Shown here in pieces: positions 17,559-27,830 of a DNA stretch of 32,000 bases; the stretch's first letter is position 1, and every line of letters begins with the position of its first letter. The notes beneath the pieces were generated by a model. The model worked only from the letters and a program-made list of their open reading frames with translations, was not told the origin of the DNA and made no database searches. The stretch lies in NCBI RefSeq assembly GCF_049243625.1, contig NZ_CP046975.1. One strand, written 5' to 3'. The DNA comes from Corynebacterium amycolatum. GTDB taxonomy: Bacteria; Actinomycetota; Actinomycetes; Mycobacteriales; Mycobacteriaceae. A program made the position numbers and the translations under genes.

Positions 17559-18572
17559 TTAAGCTCCGAGGAAACCTTCGATGCGGGCCTTGGAGTTCTG
17601 GAGGTTGCGATCCCAGGTCGGCCAATCGTGGATACCGGTCGGCTCGTATTCAAAGGTGGCATCCAAACCGGAGGTACGAGCACGCAACTCAAACTCGCGG
17701 GTTGACAAGCGGGACAGCGACTCCAGCGCAACGCCACCGGCCTTCGGAACAACACGGTAGAGGTTCTTCGGGTCACGAACCTCATCCGGAACACCATTTG
17801 CCGAGGTAATAACCAGATCCAGCCCCTTCATCTTCTCGACGTTCAGGTACGGATCGTTGCGGACACGCTCCGCTGACATAGGCGCACCCCACATGTCGAA
17901 GGAGCTGTAGCCAGCCGACAACTGAGCAGCCTCAATTGCAGTGGTCATACCCGGCGCAGTGGTGTGCAGGTAACCGGAGAAGGCAAGAGCCTGACCGAAC
18001 TGGTCTCGGTGGTTGTATGCCAGCGACAGCGCCGCAGATGCGCCCATGGACAGACCTGCAATGGAGTTGCCAGTACGGGAAATGCCGAACTCGCGCTCAA
18101 GGTATACAGGCAATTCCTGGGTTAGGAAGGTCTCCCACATGTTTACGAACGGACCGTGCAGGCTAACTGACGGACGCTTCCAGTCAGTGTAGAAGCTACC
18201 GCCACCGCCACCGGGGATAACAAGGTTGACGTTGGATCCCTCAAAAGTACGTGGAGCGTTACCGTACTCCACCCAGTCTGAGGCATCAGCCGGGCTACGC
18301 AGGCCATCTAGCAGGTAGAGAGCCTTGTTACCGCCATTGGCAGAGGCCACAATCTGGACCGGAATATCACGATCCATGGCCGGCGAATAAACCTGGCACT
18401 TCTGGGTGAAGTACTGGTACGAATCCCATTCACAACCCGGGCGCAGCGAACCTCGGTCGCCCGCCGCGCTCGCGGCCGGCGCCATGGTCAATGCAGACGC
18501 AGCCACAGCTACTGCGGACGCAACTGCTGCAACCTTTCGGCGCCAACCACGGAAAGTAGAGGTGATTTTCAC
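17559..18572 (-). CDS. mycolyltransferase (antigen 85 / Cmt family), paralog of 12157..13200
   Basis: GTG start with a GAGGAG RBS 9 nt upstream. Signal peptide ...ALTMAPAASAAG, then RPGCEWDSYQYFTQKC, GLSMGASAA (Ser), VALESLS (Glu) and TGIHDWPTW (His). Confidence 0.85.
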   Translation of the reverse strand: MKITSTFRGWRRKVAAVASAVAVAASALTMAPAASAAGDRGSLRPGCEWDSYQYFTQKCQVYSPAMDRDIPVQIVASANGGNKALYLLDGLRSPADASDWVEYGNAPRTFEGSNVNLVIPGGGGGSFYTDWKRPSVSLHGPFVNMWETFLTQELPVYLEREFGISRTGNSIAGLSMGASAALSLAYNHRDQFGQALAFSGYLHTTAPGMTTAIEAAQLSAGYSSFDMWGAPMSAERVRNDPYLNVEKMKGLDLVITSANGVPDEVRDPKNLYRVVPKAGGVALESLSRLSTREFELRARTSGLDATFEYEPTGIHDWPTWDRNLQNSKARIEGFLGA

Positions 18573-18755
18573 GTGTGCATTCTCCTCACAATGTGCGACT
18601 CCCCACGACCAGTGGGAGCTATCAGGCGTGTTTCCTCTTCAGGGAATTACCTTAAAAAACAATAAATCTTCGACAAATCTACCCGCATTCACTGTTGTTT
18701 TCCAGCAGAACACGTCGAAACTACTCCTTTTGGGCGGGTTCCGGTACTCGCGTTT

Positions 18756-19676
18756 CTACTGCGCAAGCTCACGCGACTCCCGCGCCCCGCGCCAGGTAAT
18801 AATCGCGCCAGCCGCCGCAATCAGCACGATGCCCAGCGCCATAGACCAGGTCACTCGGTCACCGGAAAACGCCCAACCCAGGATTGCACCGATAACCGGA
18901 TCCAGTGCAAAGAGCGTGCCGACGACCGCCGCTGAGACAATCCCCGCAGCGATGGTGTCCATCACGTAGGGAATAACAGCGCCAATGAACCCAGAAATAA
19001 CGATGGTGGCCCACATCGAACCGTCGACAAGCGGTGCGGCGGATACGGAAAACGGCGCGAGCACGATTGCTGCGACGACCACTGACAGCGCCAGGTCAGG
19101 CATGCCGCCGCCCTCGGTGCTGCCCATTCGGGCGGAGAAGAGCGTGTAGGCGCCGAAGAAGATCGCGCCGATTGCGGCGTAACCAATGCCGATAAGGTCC
19201 AGGTCATTGGAGGGCTGGGCGATTAGGGCGACGCCGATGAAAGCGACGATGGCCCACAGGCGGGATCGCCACATTTTCAGTCCCAGGAAAGACACGACGC
19301 AGGGACCGAGGAAGTCGATGGTGACGGCAACGCCCTGCGGGAGGCGGGCGATAGCGGCGTAAATCATCATGCTCATCATGCCCATAGCGATGCCGTAGAC
19401 CACGATGTTGATGGCGCGAGCGCGGGTCATCTCGGATAACTTTGGCCGGAACAGAACCACCATGATGATGGCGGCGGCAGTCATGCGCAAGCCCGATATG
19501 CCCGGCGCGCCGACCGTGGAAAGCATACCAGTGACCAGCACGGCTGCGGCCTGGGTGCCAAGAGAGCCGATGAGAACCAGAATTACGGGAGCCACTGGCA
19601 GGGTGAGAAACTTGTTCACACGCTGCAGCAATGGCCCCTGCTGGGGAACTTCGGTTTGGCTTTTCTCACGCGACAC
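18756..19676 (-). CDS. EamA/RhtA-type DMT-superfamily transporter
   Basis: About 10 TM segments. Similar by eye to RhtA-type exporters (GAPGISGLRMTAAAIIMVVLFRP, LPQGVAVTIDFLGP). The start is uncertain: GTG 19676, or an in-frame GTG at 19619. Confidence 0.75.
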   Translation of the reverse strand: MSREKSQTEVPQQGPLLQRVNKFLTLPVAPVILVLIGSLGTQAAAVLVTGMLSTVGAPGISGLRMTAAAIIMVVLFRPKLSEMTRARAINIVVYGIAMGMMSMMIYAAIARLPQGVAVTIDFLGPCVVSFLGLKMWRSRLWAIVAFIGVALIAQPSNDLDLIGIGYAAIGAIFFGAYTLFSARMGSTEGGGMPDLALSVVVAAIVLAPFSVSAAPLVDGSMWATIVISGFIGAVIPYVMDTIAAGIVSAAVVGTLFALDPVIGAILGWAFSGDRVTWSMALGIVLIAAAGAIITWRGARESRELAQ

Positions 19677-19712
19677 TCGCGCAATACTAGCGCAGGAGCC
19701 GCAAGCGGCAAA

Positions 19713-20969
<1,257 letters not shown>

Positions 20970-21239
20970 TTAAAACCTATTGCATTTCCGCCCGATTTGC
21001 GGGTGTACACGCGGGCTTTACGACGTCCACGTGAGCCCAACCCAACGTTCGTTTGGTCACATTATTTGATAATTTTCCCAAAATTAACGGGGGAACACAG
21101 ATGCCTCACTAGATTTTTTTAGTCACACTGGTAACATCCTCCTCAGAATTTTCTGTTGCTTTGCAACTTTCCTTCCCTTCGACCCCGGGGTAGGCCTCGG
21201 GTCGACAACCCTGTACCCCATTTTTTTGGAGCTTTTACC

Positions 21240-22745
21240 GTGCCAACTCGCCGTCGCATCAATGCCCCGTCGATGGGCCGCCGCACCTTCCTCTATGGAC
21301 TGGCAGCTACTACTGCCGCAGCTCCACTAGCAACATGGGGTATTCGCCAGGCCCCTACCCTGGTTGAAAGCCCAGGCGTAAGCCCCATCGCGGCCAAGAT
21401 CTCGACATCGCCGCTGGTTGACGCTGTCACGATGATGATTGACGACGCAGCCGTCGGCACGCATGCCATTACCGATGCCCTGCACCCGCTTCGCGGATTC
21501 GTGAAGGACATCACCCGCGACGAACCGTTCTCCCAGTTCGCCCTGACCTGGCCGGGCGATGACAACCTGCAGCTCTACGTTCGCGCCGAACGCGAAGATG
21601 GCAGCTTTGGCCCGTGGTTCCACGCTGATTCTCACGGCCCGATGAATAACTCCGGACAGTCCGGCACCGAGCTGCTGTTCGTTGAGCCCACCAGGCGCGT
21701 GCAGGTGTCGACCGTCGGACTGAACCTCCTCGAGGGCCTAGATCCACGCAACATCATTGGTATCGACAACCTTGACCCAGCCACTATCGGCGGTGGCCTG
21801 CAGGAACTCGTCAGTGCTACGGCCGCGCTGTCCCTCAACGCTGTCCAGGCAGTTTTCATCGACGGCGTAGAGCAGGTCGGCGAGGTTATTCAGCCAGTTG
21901 CGTACGAGTCGTCGATTGCTGGCGCGCCAAATGTAATCAGCCGTGCAGCGTGGGGTGCAGATGAGTCCATCCGCAGCGGTTCGAGCTCCTACAGCACCTT
22001 CAAGGGCACGTGCATCCACCACACCGCGGGTTCCAATAACTACTCAGAGTCGCAGGGACCAGCCATTGTCCGCGGCATTTACGCCTACCACGCAAAGACG
22101 CTGGGCTGGGGCGATGTTGGCTACAACGCGTTGGTCGATAAGTACGGCAACATCTACGAGGGCCGCTACGGTGGCCTGGACAAGAACATCGAGGGCGCGC
22201 ACGCAGGTGGCTTCAACAACGGCACCTTCGGTATTTCGGTGATGGGCAATCACGACCAGCTGGAGATTCCGGATGCGGCCGTCACTGCACTCGGCGAGAT
22301 GGTCGGCTGGCGCATGAAGGTCGGTGGCGTCGATCCGATGTCCACCGCCGCACTGACCAGCGCCGGCTACTCGAAGGCACGCTACAGCTCCGGCCAGACC
22401 GTGAACCTCCCAGCCATCTTCGGCCACCGCGACACCGGCTACACCTCATGCCCGGGCACCTTCGGCTATCAGCAGATGGATGCCATCCGCGCTGCAGCCA
22501 AAGCCAAGTTTGATGGTGCCGGTGGAGCGGGTATCGCCGGCCGCTCGACGGGTCCGAACAACCAGGACGGAGAGGCCGCCAGCATTCCGCCGATTCCGGG
22601 CGCCGGCGAGTCGGGCGACAACGGCGGTTCCCTCGGAAACGTGGAAACGCCCACGCCAGGCGAGGTTGTTGGTGAGTTTCTAACTGAATCCCTGCCAACC
22701 AACCCTGCCGAAGCTACGCAGGCCTGGTTCGCACCTCAGAACTAA
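21240..22745 (+). CDS. secreted N-acetylmuramoyl-L-alanine amidase (Amidase_2/PGRP domain), Rv3811-like
   Basis: GTG 21240 with GGAG 8 nt upstream. Its N-terminus VPTRRRIN matches VFSRRRIN of the next gene. Tat-like GRRTFLYGLAATTAAAPLA. Amidase_2 motifs CIHHTAG, GWGDVGYNALVDKYGNIYEGR, GAHAGGFN and GHRDTGYTSCPG. The TTG 21156 start in the track is rejected. Confidence 0.85.
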   Translation: MPTRRRINAPSMGRRTFLYGLAATTAAAPLATWGIRQAPTLVESPGVSPIAAKISTSPLVDAVTMMIDDAAVGTHAITDALHPLRGFVKDITRDEPFSQFALTWPGDDNLQLYVRAEREDGSFGPWFHADSHGPMNNSGQSGTELLFVEPTRRVQVSTVGLNLLEGLDPRNIIGIDNLDPATIGGGLQELVSATAALSLNAVQAVFIDGVEQVGEVIQPVAYESSIAGAPNVISRAAWGADESIRSGSSSYSTFKGTCIHHTAGSNNYSESQGPAIVRGIYAYHAKTLGWGDVGYNALVDKYGNIYEGRYGGLDKNIEGAHAGGFNNGTFGISVMGNHDQLEIPDAAVTALGEMVGWRMKVGGVDPMSTAALTSAGYSKARYSSGQTVNLPAIFGHRDTGYTSCPGTFGYQQMDAIRAAAKAKFDGAGGAGIAGRSTGPNNQDGEAASIPPIPGAGESGDNGGSLGNVETPTPGEVVGEFLTESLPTNPAEATQAWFAPQN

Positions 22746-22830
22746 GTCCCCCGCTTATCCAATCCAGGCATAACCACATCACATTTGTGGTGTAGCACCA
22801 GATCTTCGTAATCACCCAGGAGTTATTACC

Positions 22831-25266
22831 GTGTTTAGTCGCCGCCGCATCAATCGCCGCGCAGGTGCCAAGCAATCCTTGGTACTCGCTGCCGTGGCGA
22901 CCCTTGCCCTGACACCCGTTGCCGTTGTCGGCGCAGGTGCCGCTTATGACCTCATCGAGGAAAACGGTGCCAGCCCCATCGACCCGATTGTCCAGAGCAA
23001 GTCGCTTGCAGACAGCGTCTCCGTTCTCGTCGAAGACGCAGCAATCGCAACGCAGTCGCTTGCCGACGAGGCTCATCCCAACCGTGGTGTCGTCAAGGAA
23101 ATTACCTCCGATACTGAGTTTTCCCAGTTTGCGCTGACGTGGGCCGGTGACCCTGATATCGCCAGCTTCGTCCGCGCCGAGCGCGCCGACGGCTCCTGGT
23201 CCGACTGGTACAGCGTTGACCCGGACTACCCCGCTGAAGGCAATGGCAACGGCCTGAACGGAACGGAGCTCATCTACATCGAGCCAACCAAGCGTGTTCA
23301 GGTTTCCACCCACGGACTTAACATCTTCGGTCCGGGGTCCGGCGTGGACCTGAAGGACATCAAGGGCGCTGAGAAGTTGGATTTGTCCAAGCTCAACCTC
23401 GACGAGATTAATGCTGAGGGCGCCAAGAAGGCCGTGGAGGATGCAAAGGAATCCGCTACGGATGCAGCCAAGGATGTCGCCAAGGCCGTTGACGATGCCG
23501 CTTCCGACTACCAGCAGACTCCGGATGCAGCTCCTGGGGACGCACTCGATGACCCGACTGCTCCGAGCGCTAACGACGCTGCAGATCTGGACTCGCCGAA
23601 TCTCCCAGTGAAGTGGACGGACATCGAGCCGGTCGCCGATGAACTGCCAATCGACCAGGTCGACGCAGTGCTTATTGACGGCCAGGCTGCTGCATCCGGT
23701 ATCGACCCAATTGTGGATGCCAAGAATGTCACGGGCATGCCGAAGGTCATTACCCGTGCCGGCTGGGGCGCCAACGAAAATAACCGCTGTAAGGGCGCGG
23801 ACTACGACAACAAGCTGGTCGGTGCCACCGTGCACCACACCGCTGGTTCAAACAACTACACCGAGAGCCAGTCCGCTGGTATCGTCCGCGGCATTTACCA
23901 GTACCACGCACAGACTCTGGGCTGGTGCGACATCGGATACAACGCCCTGGTCGACAAGTACGGCAACATCTTCGAGGGCCGCTACGGTGGCCTGGATAAG
24001 AATGTCCAGGGCGCTCACGCAGGTGGCTTCAACACCGGTACTTTCGGCATCTCCATGATGGGTAACTACACTTCGGTTGCTCCCAGTGAGGCTGCACTGA
24101 ACTCGGTGGGCAACATGATTGGTTGGCGTCTGAAGGTCGCCGGCGTCAAGCCGACCGGCCAGATCCAGATGACTTCGGGTGGCACCAGCTACTCCAAGTA
24201 TGGATACGGCAAGCAGGTCACTCTGCCGACCATCTTCGCGCACCGCGATGTTGGTAACACCACCTGCCCAGGTGATGCTGGCTACGCCCAGATGGGCAAG
24301 ATCCGCTCGATTGCCGAAAAGAAGTACAACAGTCTGACCAGCGGAAAGATTGACAATGAGGGCCCCGACGGCTTGATTGACCTCCTCGTTCCGCAGGATG
24401 AAAAGGGCGATAAGACCGCCGAAGACGCAGATTCGCAGTCGACCGAATCGACCGAGTCAACCGAGTCGAGCTCGACCACTTCGACCACCTCGGCATCCAC
24501 GGGCACGTCCACGACCTCGTCCTCCGAGAAGTCCTCGAGCGCATCGAGCACCACTTCGTCGACAACGTCGAGCTCCGACTCGACCACCTCGGGCACTTCG
24601 AATACCTCGGAGCCAACCGACGCCACGAACACCAGTGACACTGCTACGGCTGACTCCTCCGCACCGTCGGCAAGCGAGCAGAGCAACTCCTCCTCGCCGA
24701 GCGCATCCGACGAGCAGCAGAAGGCACAGGCTCTGGAGACAGTCTCGGGTGCACGTTCGATGCTGGCCTCGGCGCTGGGCATGCTCGGCGCACCGGGTCT
24801 GGGGCAGACCGCCGATGCCATTCTGGGTGCGGTTGGACGCTCGATTGAAAACGGACCGTCGATTGCTGACCTGCCGGTTCTGATTGACCAGATCATCACT
24901 ATCAATGAGCAGAACGACCTGGCTGCCGAATGGCGCCAAGTTTCCGAGGAAATGGGCTCGGTTCTCGGCTACGCGATGTCCGGTATCCAGAGCGGTTCTA
25001 CCGTGGCGAACAATGCTGGCCAGGCCGATGCCCTGCGCTACGTGAAGTTTTCCAACGGCGTAATCACCGACTCCGACACCACCGGCGCTCACGCTATCTG
25101 GGGCAAGATTGCTGATGAGTGGGCCCGCCAGGGCTTCGAGGTCGGCAAGCTGGGCGCTCCGACGAAGACCCAGGTGGTCGATGGAAACATCGAGCGCGCT
25201 GAGTTCCAGAACGGTTCAATCACCTTCGACCGCACCACCGGCGAAGTCAAGACCGAGCTGAAGTAA
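22831..25266 (+). CDS. secreted N-acetylmuramoyl-L-alanine amidase (Amidase_2/PGRP) with S/T-rich linker and LGFP-like C-terminal domain
   Basis: 811-aa paralog of the preceding gene, sharing FSQFALTW, TVHHTAG, GWCDIGYNALVDKYGNIFEGR and AHRDVGNTTCPG. It has an extra acidic insertion, a ~98-aa S/T tract, and a C-terminal region with LGFP-type repeats (LGYAMSG.., KLGAPTKTQ..FQNGSITF). Confidence 0.85.
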   Translation: MFSRRRINRRAGAKQSLVLAAVATLALTPVAVVGAGAAYDLIEENGASPIDPIVQSKSLADSVSVLVEDAAIATQSLADEAHPNRGVVKEITSDTEFSQFALTWAGDPDIASFVRAERADGSWSDWYSVDPDYPAEGNGNGLNGTELIYIEPTKRVQVSTHGLNIFGPGSGVDLKDIKGAEKLDLSKLNLDEINAEGAKKAVEDAKESATDAAKDVAKAVDDAASDYQQTPDAAPGDALDDPTAPSANDAADLDSPNLPVKWTDIEPVADELPIDQVDAVLIDGQAAASGIDPIVDAKNVTGMPKVITRAGWGANENNRCKGADYDNKLVGATVHHTAGSNNYTESQSAGIVRGIYQYHAQTLGWCDIGYNALVDKYGNIFEGRYGGLDKNVQGAHAGGFNTGTFGISMMGNYTSVAPSEAALNSVGNMIGWRLKVAGVKPTGQIQMTSGGTSYSKYGYGKQVTLPTIFAHRDVGNTTCPGDAGYAQMGKIRSIAEKKYNSLTSGKIDNEGPDGLIDLLVPQDEKGDKTAEDADSQSTESTESTESSSTTSTTSASTGTSTTSSSEKSSSASSTTSSTTSSSDSTTSGTSNTSEPTDATNTSDTATADSSAPSASEQSNSSSPSASDEQQKAQALETVSGARSMLASALGMLGAPGLGQTADAILGAVGRSIENGPSIADLPVLIDQIITINEQNDLAAEWRQVSEEMGSVLGYAMSGIQSGSTVANNAGQADALRYVKFSNGVITDSDTTGAHAIWGKIADEWARQGFEVGKLGAPTKTQVVDGNIERAEFQNGSITFDRTTGEVKTELK
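24427..24720 (+). repeat. low-complexity Ser/Thr-rich coding tract (linker of amidase 2)
   Basis: Encodes DSQSTESTESTESSSTTSTTSASTGTSTTSSSEKSSSASSTTSSTTSSSDSTTSGTSNTSEP...SSSPSAS. The underlying DNA is degenerate TCGACC/ACCTCG-type repeats. Confidence 0.85.
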
Positions 25267-25340
25267 ACGCTGCAGTAAACCCGAAGCAGCCGCTGTCGAG
25301 CGCTGGTGGGCTACCTGGCGCGGGAAAACCGCGAGGTTAG

Positions 25341-26174
25341 CTAGAACCAGCGCTCCAGCACACGAGCAACACCGTCATCATCATTGGTGGCGGTGATTTC
25401 GTCTGCAATCTCCTTGACAGTGTCAGCCGCATTGCCCATGGCCACACCCGTGCCCGCCCACGACAGCATCTCGATATCGTTCGGCATGTCACCGAAGCAG
25501 ACCACATCTTTCGCGGTCGCTCCAACCAGTTCAGACACGTATTCCAGCCCGGCGCGCTTAGTCACGCCCGGCGCGGACACCTCCAATAGCCCGTCTGGCA
25601 TGGAGTAGGTCACGTGCGCCAAGCTCGCGTCAATTGCAGGGGCTACCAGCTCATATAGCTGGGCACTGTTCACATCTGAGTTTCGCAGCAAGAGTTTCGT
25701 CGCGGGTTCTGACAACACGGCCTCTTCAGCAAGCTCACCATGCTCATCCGATTCCCACGCATGGTCATAGGACGGCGCCACCACAAAAAGCTCATCGATG
25801 GCGTCATTCGCCGATGTCCCAGCGCGCTCTGCCGCAATGCCGATTCCACCGATGGATCGCGTCGCTTCGCGCGCATGCTTGACGACGTATCGCAGCGTCT
25901 CCGGCTTCAATGTGTTGGCGGCAACCACTTCGTCACGGCCGGAGTCGTAAATGACGGCGCCATTGGCGCACACGCACAACGGCTGCACCGGCAGCTGCTC
26001 AAGCACTGGTTGCAACCACCGAGCCGGCCTTCCCGTGGCCAGCACCAACGGTGTTCCGCGGCGTAGCATTCGCGTGACGGCCTGCCGCAGGCGGGGAGTT
26101 ACCCGCTCCCGCGAGTCAATGAACGTCCCGTCAATATCCGAAGCTACGAGTAGTGGATGTAGTCTCTCGGTCAC
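25341..26174 (-). CDS. Cof-type HAD-IIB phosphatase (Rv3813c-like)
   Basis: All HAD motifs are intact: VASDIDGTFID (I), LATGRP (II) and CFGDMPNDIEML..VAMGNA (III/IV). GTG start lies 6 nt after the upstream gene's stop. Confidence 0.85.
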   Translation of the reverse strand: MTERLHPLLVASDIDGTFIDSRERVTPRLRQAVTRMLRRGTPLVLATGRPARWLQPVLEQLPVQPLCVCANGAVIYDSGRDEVVAANTLKPETLRYVVKHAREATRSIGGIGIAAERAGTSANDAIDELFVVAPSYDHAWESDEHGELAEEAVLSEPATKLLLRNSDVNSAQLYELVAPAIDASLAHVTYSMPDGLLEVSAPGVTKRAGLEYVSELVGATAKDVVCFGDMPNDIEMLSWAGTGVAMGNAADTVKEIADEITATNDDDGVARVLERWF

Positions 26175-26180
26175 TTCGAA

Positions 26181-27830
26181 CTACTTGCCGTCCTCACTGC
26201 TGTCATCTTCACCGTCATCGCAGAACCGGTCGTGCAACAACTGCAACGTTGCGGCTACTCCCCCATGCTCGACAGTGTCGATTACCCAGTCCGCGTTCTT
26301 CAGCAAGGGCCAGTCCGCATCGGCCATAACTACCGGCATGCCGACACGCTGTGTGGCTTCCTCAAAGTTCGAGCGACCGGCAAAAAGAATCGCGGTTTCT
26401 TCCTTGCGAGCCTGCTTGCGCAGTGTGCTTACCACCGTATTTGTGACTTCCAGCTTGCTCGCGCCCTCCGGAAGCTCCACAACCTGCAGGTCAACCGACT
26501 CCAAGGCCGATAGATTCGGCTTTTCTCCCGATTCGTGCAGGACAACGATTGTGGCTCCGTCATTACCGAGCTGCTGCAAGGCCTTGATAGTTTCTTCGCT
26601 GATGTTGCCCGCATCGTCGGCAAGCGATGCGGGGTAATCGAAGATAAACGTTTCCGGCTGAGCGGTGATGAGCCTGTTCAAGCGCTGCGGAAGCTTGTCG
26701 CGGATCATCATCGACTGGCCGATAAGACGGTAAACGGTCTGCTGCGTCTGCTCGACACCGGAGGCGGAGGCCTTCTCTAGCTGCACGTACGCTTCGCGGA
26801 ACGTCACGCGCATCGAATCCGTGGCAGTACGCACGGACTCCTTGCTCTCCTTGGCACCGGCGACGACATCATCAGCCATCTGTTCCACAGACTGACGGAA
26901 CTGCGCCAACAAGGCGGTCGTCTGTTCCCTTCGGCGAGCAGACTCCGCGCTCATCGTTTGCGACGCATCGAGGAACTGTTGCCTGGTCTGATCGCCGAAC
27001 TCACGAGCGCTATCGCCGAATTCACGTGCCGACTCGGCTAGCTTTTCCTTGAATGCGGCCAGGTCACCGCGCAAATGACGGATACGCTGACGCTCTTCTT
27101 CGACTTTCAGGTCCTCTGCCTGGGCCTCTTCGAAAGTCGGTGCACCACCGCCAAGGCGAGCCGGTACCCAGTAGGCGCCCTTCGGCAGGGGCCCCTCTTC
27201 AGCGGCGTACTCGTCCCAGAGCTGACGGACGCCCTGATCCATGATTTCGTGTAGCTTTTCAGTGGCTTCCGCCGGATCGCCCTCTGGGGTCCACGGTGGC
27301 AAAACCGTAATATGAATCGGAGTATTGCTGCGACCGAGATGCTTAGGGTGCCCCTTCGTCCACACGCGCTGGGATCCCACAATCAGCACTGGGATGATGG
27401 GCTTGCCGGTGCGCTGCGCCATACGCACCGCACCGGACTTCAGATTCTTGACTTCAAAACTGCGCGAGATCGTCGACTCCGGAAAGATGCCTACCAACTC
27501 GTCGTTTTCCAGCTTCTGGCAGGCCTCTTCGAAGGACTTGGAGCCGTCAGTGCGGTCGACCGGAATGTGCCTACAAGCACGCATGATTGGTCCTGCGACC
27601 GAGTGGTCGAAAACTTCTTTCTTCGCCATAAAACGGACAAAACGGCGGTGCTTGCGGAATGGAATACCGACATAGGTGAAGTCCATGTATCCGGTGTGGT
27701 TAGTAACGAGAACGGCGCCAGAGTCTTTTGGCACGTTTTCCCAGCCCTTAACGGTGAACTTCAAACCTTGGGCAAAGAAGACGGTGCGCGCCAATCCGAT
27801 AATCGTTAAGTACACAGGATCCTTGAACAT
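26181..27830 (-). CDS. PlsC-family acyltransferase fused to a helical linker and a degenerate HAD-like C-terminal domain
   Basis: The N-terminal ~240 aa carry the acyltransferase motifs NHTGYMD (HX4D), GIFPESTISR and IIPVLIVG. The middle ~180 aa are charged and helical, with a SAREFGD-SAREFGD duplication. The C-terminal ~160 aa align by eye to Cof HADs, but the motifs are mutated. Start at ATG 27830 (MFKDPVYLTIIG..) is preferred over 27953. Confidence 0.8.
   Translation of the reverse strand: MFKDPVYLTIIGLARTVFFAQGLKFTVKGWENVPKDSGAVLVTNHTGYMDFTYVGIPFRKHRRFVRFMAKKEVFDHSVAGPIMRACRHIPVDRTDGSKSFEEACQKLENDELVGIFPESTISRSFEVKNLKSGAVRMAQRTGKPIIPVLIVGSQRVWTKGHPKHLGRSNTPIHITVLPPWTPEGDPAEATEKLHEIMDQGVRQLWDEYAAEEGPLPKGAYWVPARLGGGAPTFEEAQAEDLKVEEERQRIRHLRGDLAAFKEKLAESAREFGDSAREFGDQTRQQFLDASQTMSAESARRREQTTALLAQFRQSVEQMADDVVAGAKESKESVRTATDSMRVTFREAYVQLEKASASGVEQTQQTVYRLIGQSMMIRDKLPQRLNRLITAQPETFIFDYPASLADDAGNISEETIKALQQLGNDGATIVVLHESGEKPNLSALESVDLQVVELPEGASKLEVTNTVVSTLRKQARKEETAILFAGRSNFEEATQRVGMPVVMADADWPLLKNADWVIDTVEHGGVAATLQLLHDRFCDDGEDDSSEDGK

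Noticed and set aside
21156-21239. TTG-initiated 28-codon extension of amidase 1.
   Set aside because: The GTG at 21240 has a GGAG RBS and gives an N-terminus (VPTRRRIN) that parallels the paralog's start (VFSRRRIN). The extension lies in AT-rich promoter-like DNA.
25319-25333. CGCGG-GAAAA-CCGCG hairpin between the convergent amidase 2 and HAD genes.
   Set aside because: It is a 5-bp stem with no U-tract in either orientation. Not convincing as a bidirectional terminator.
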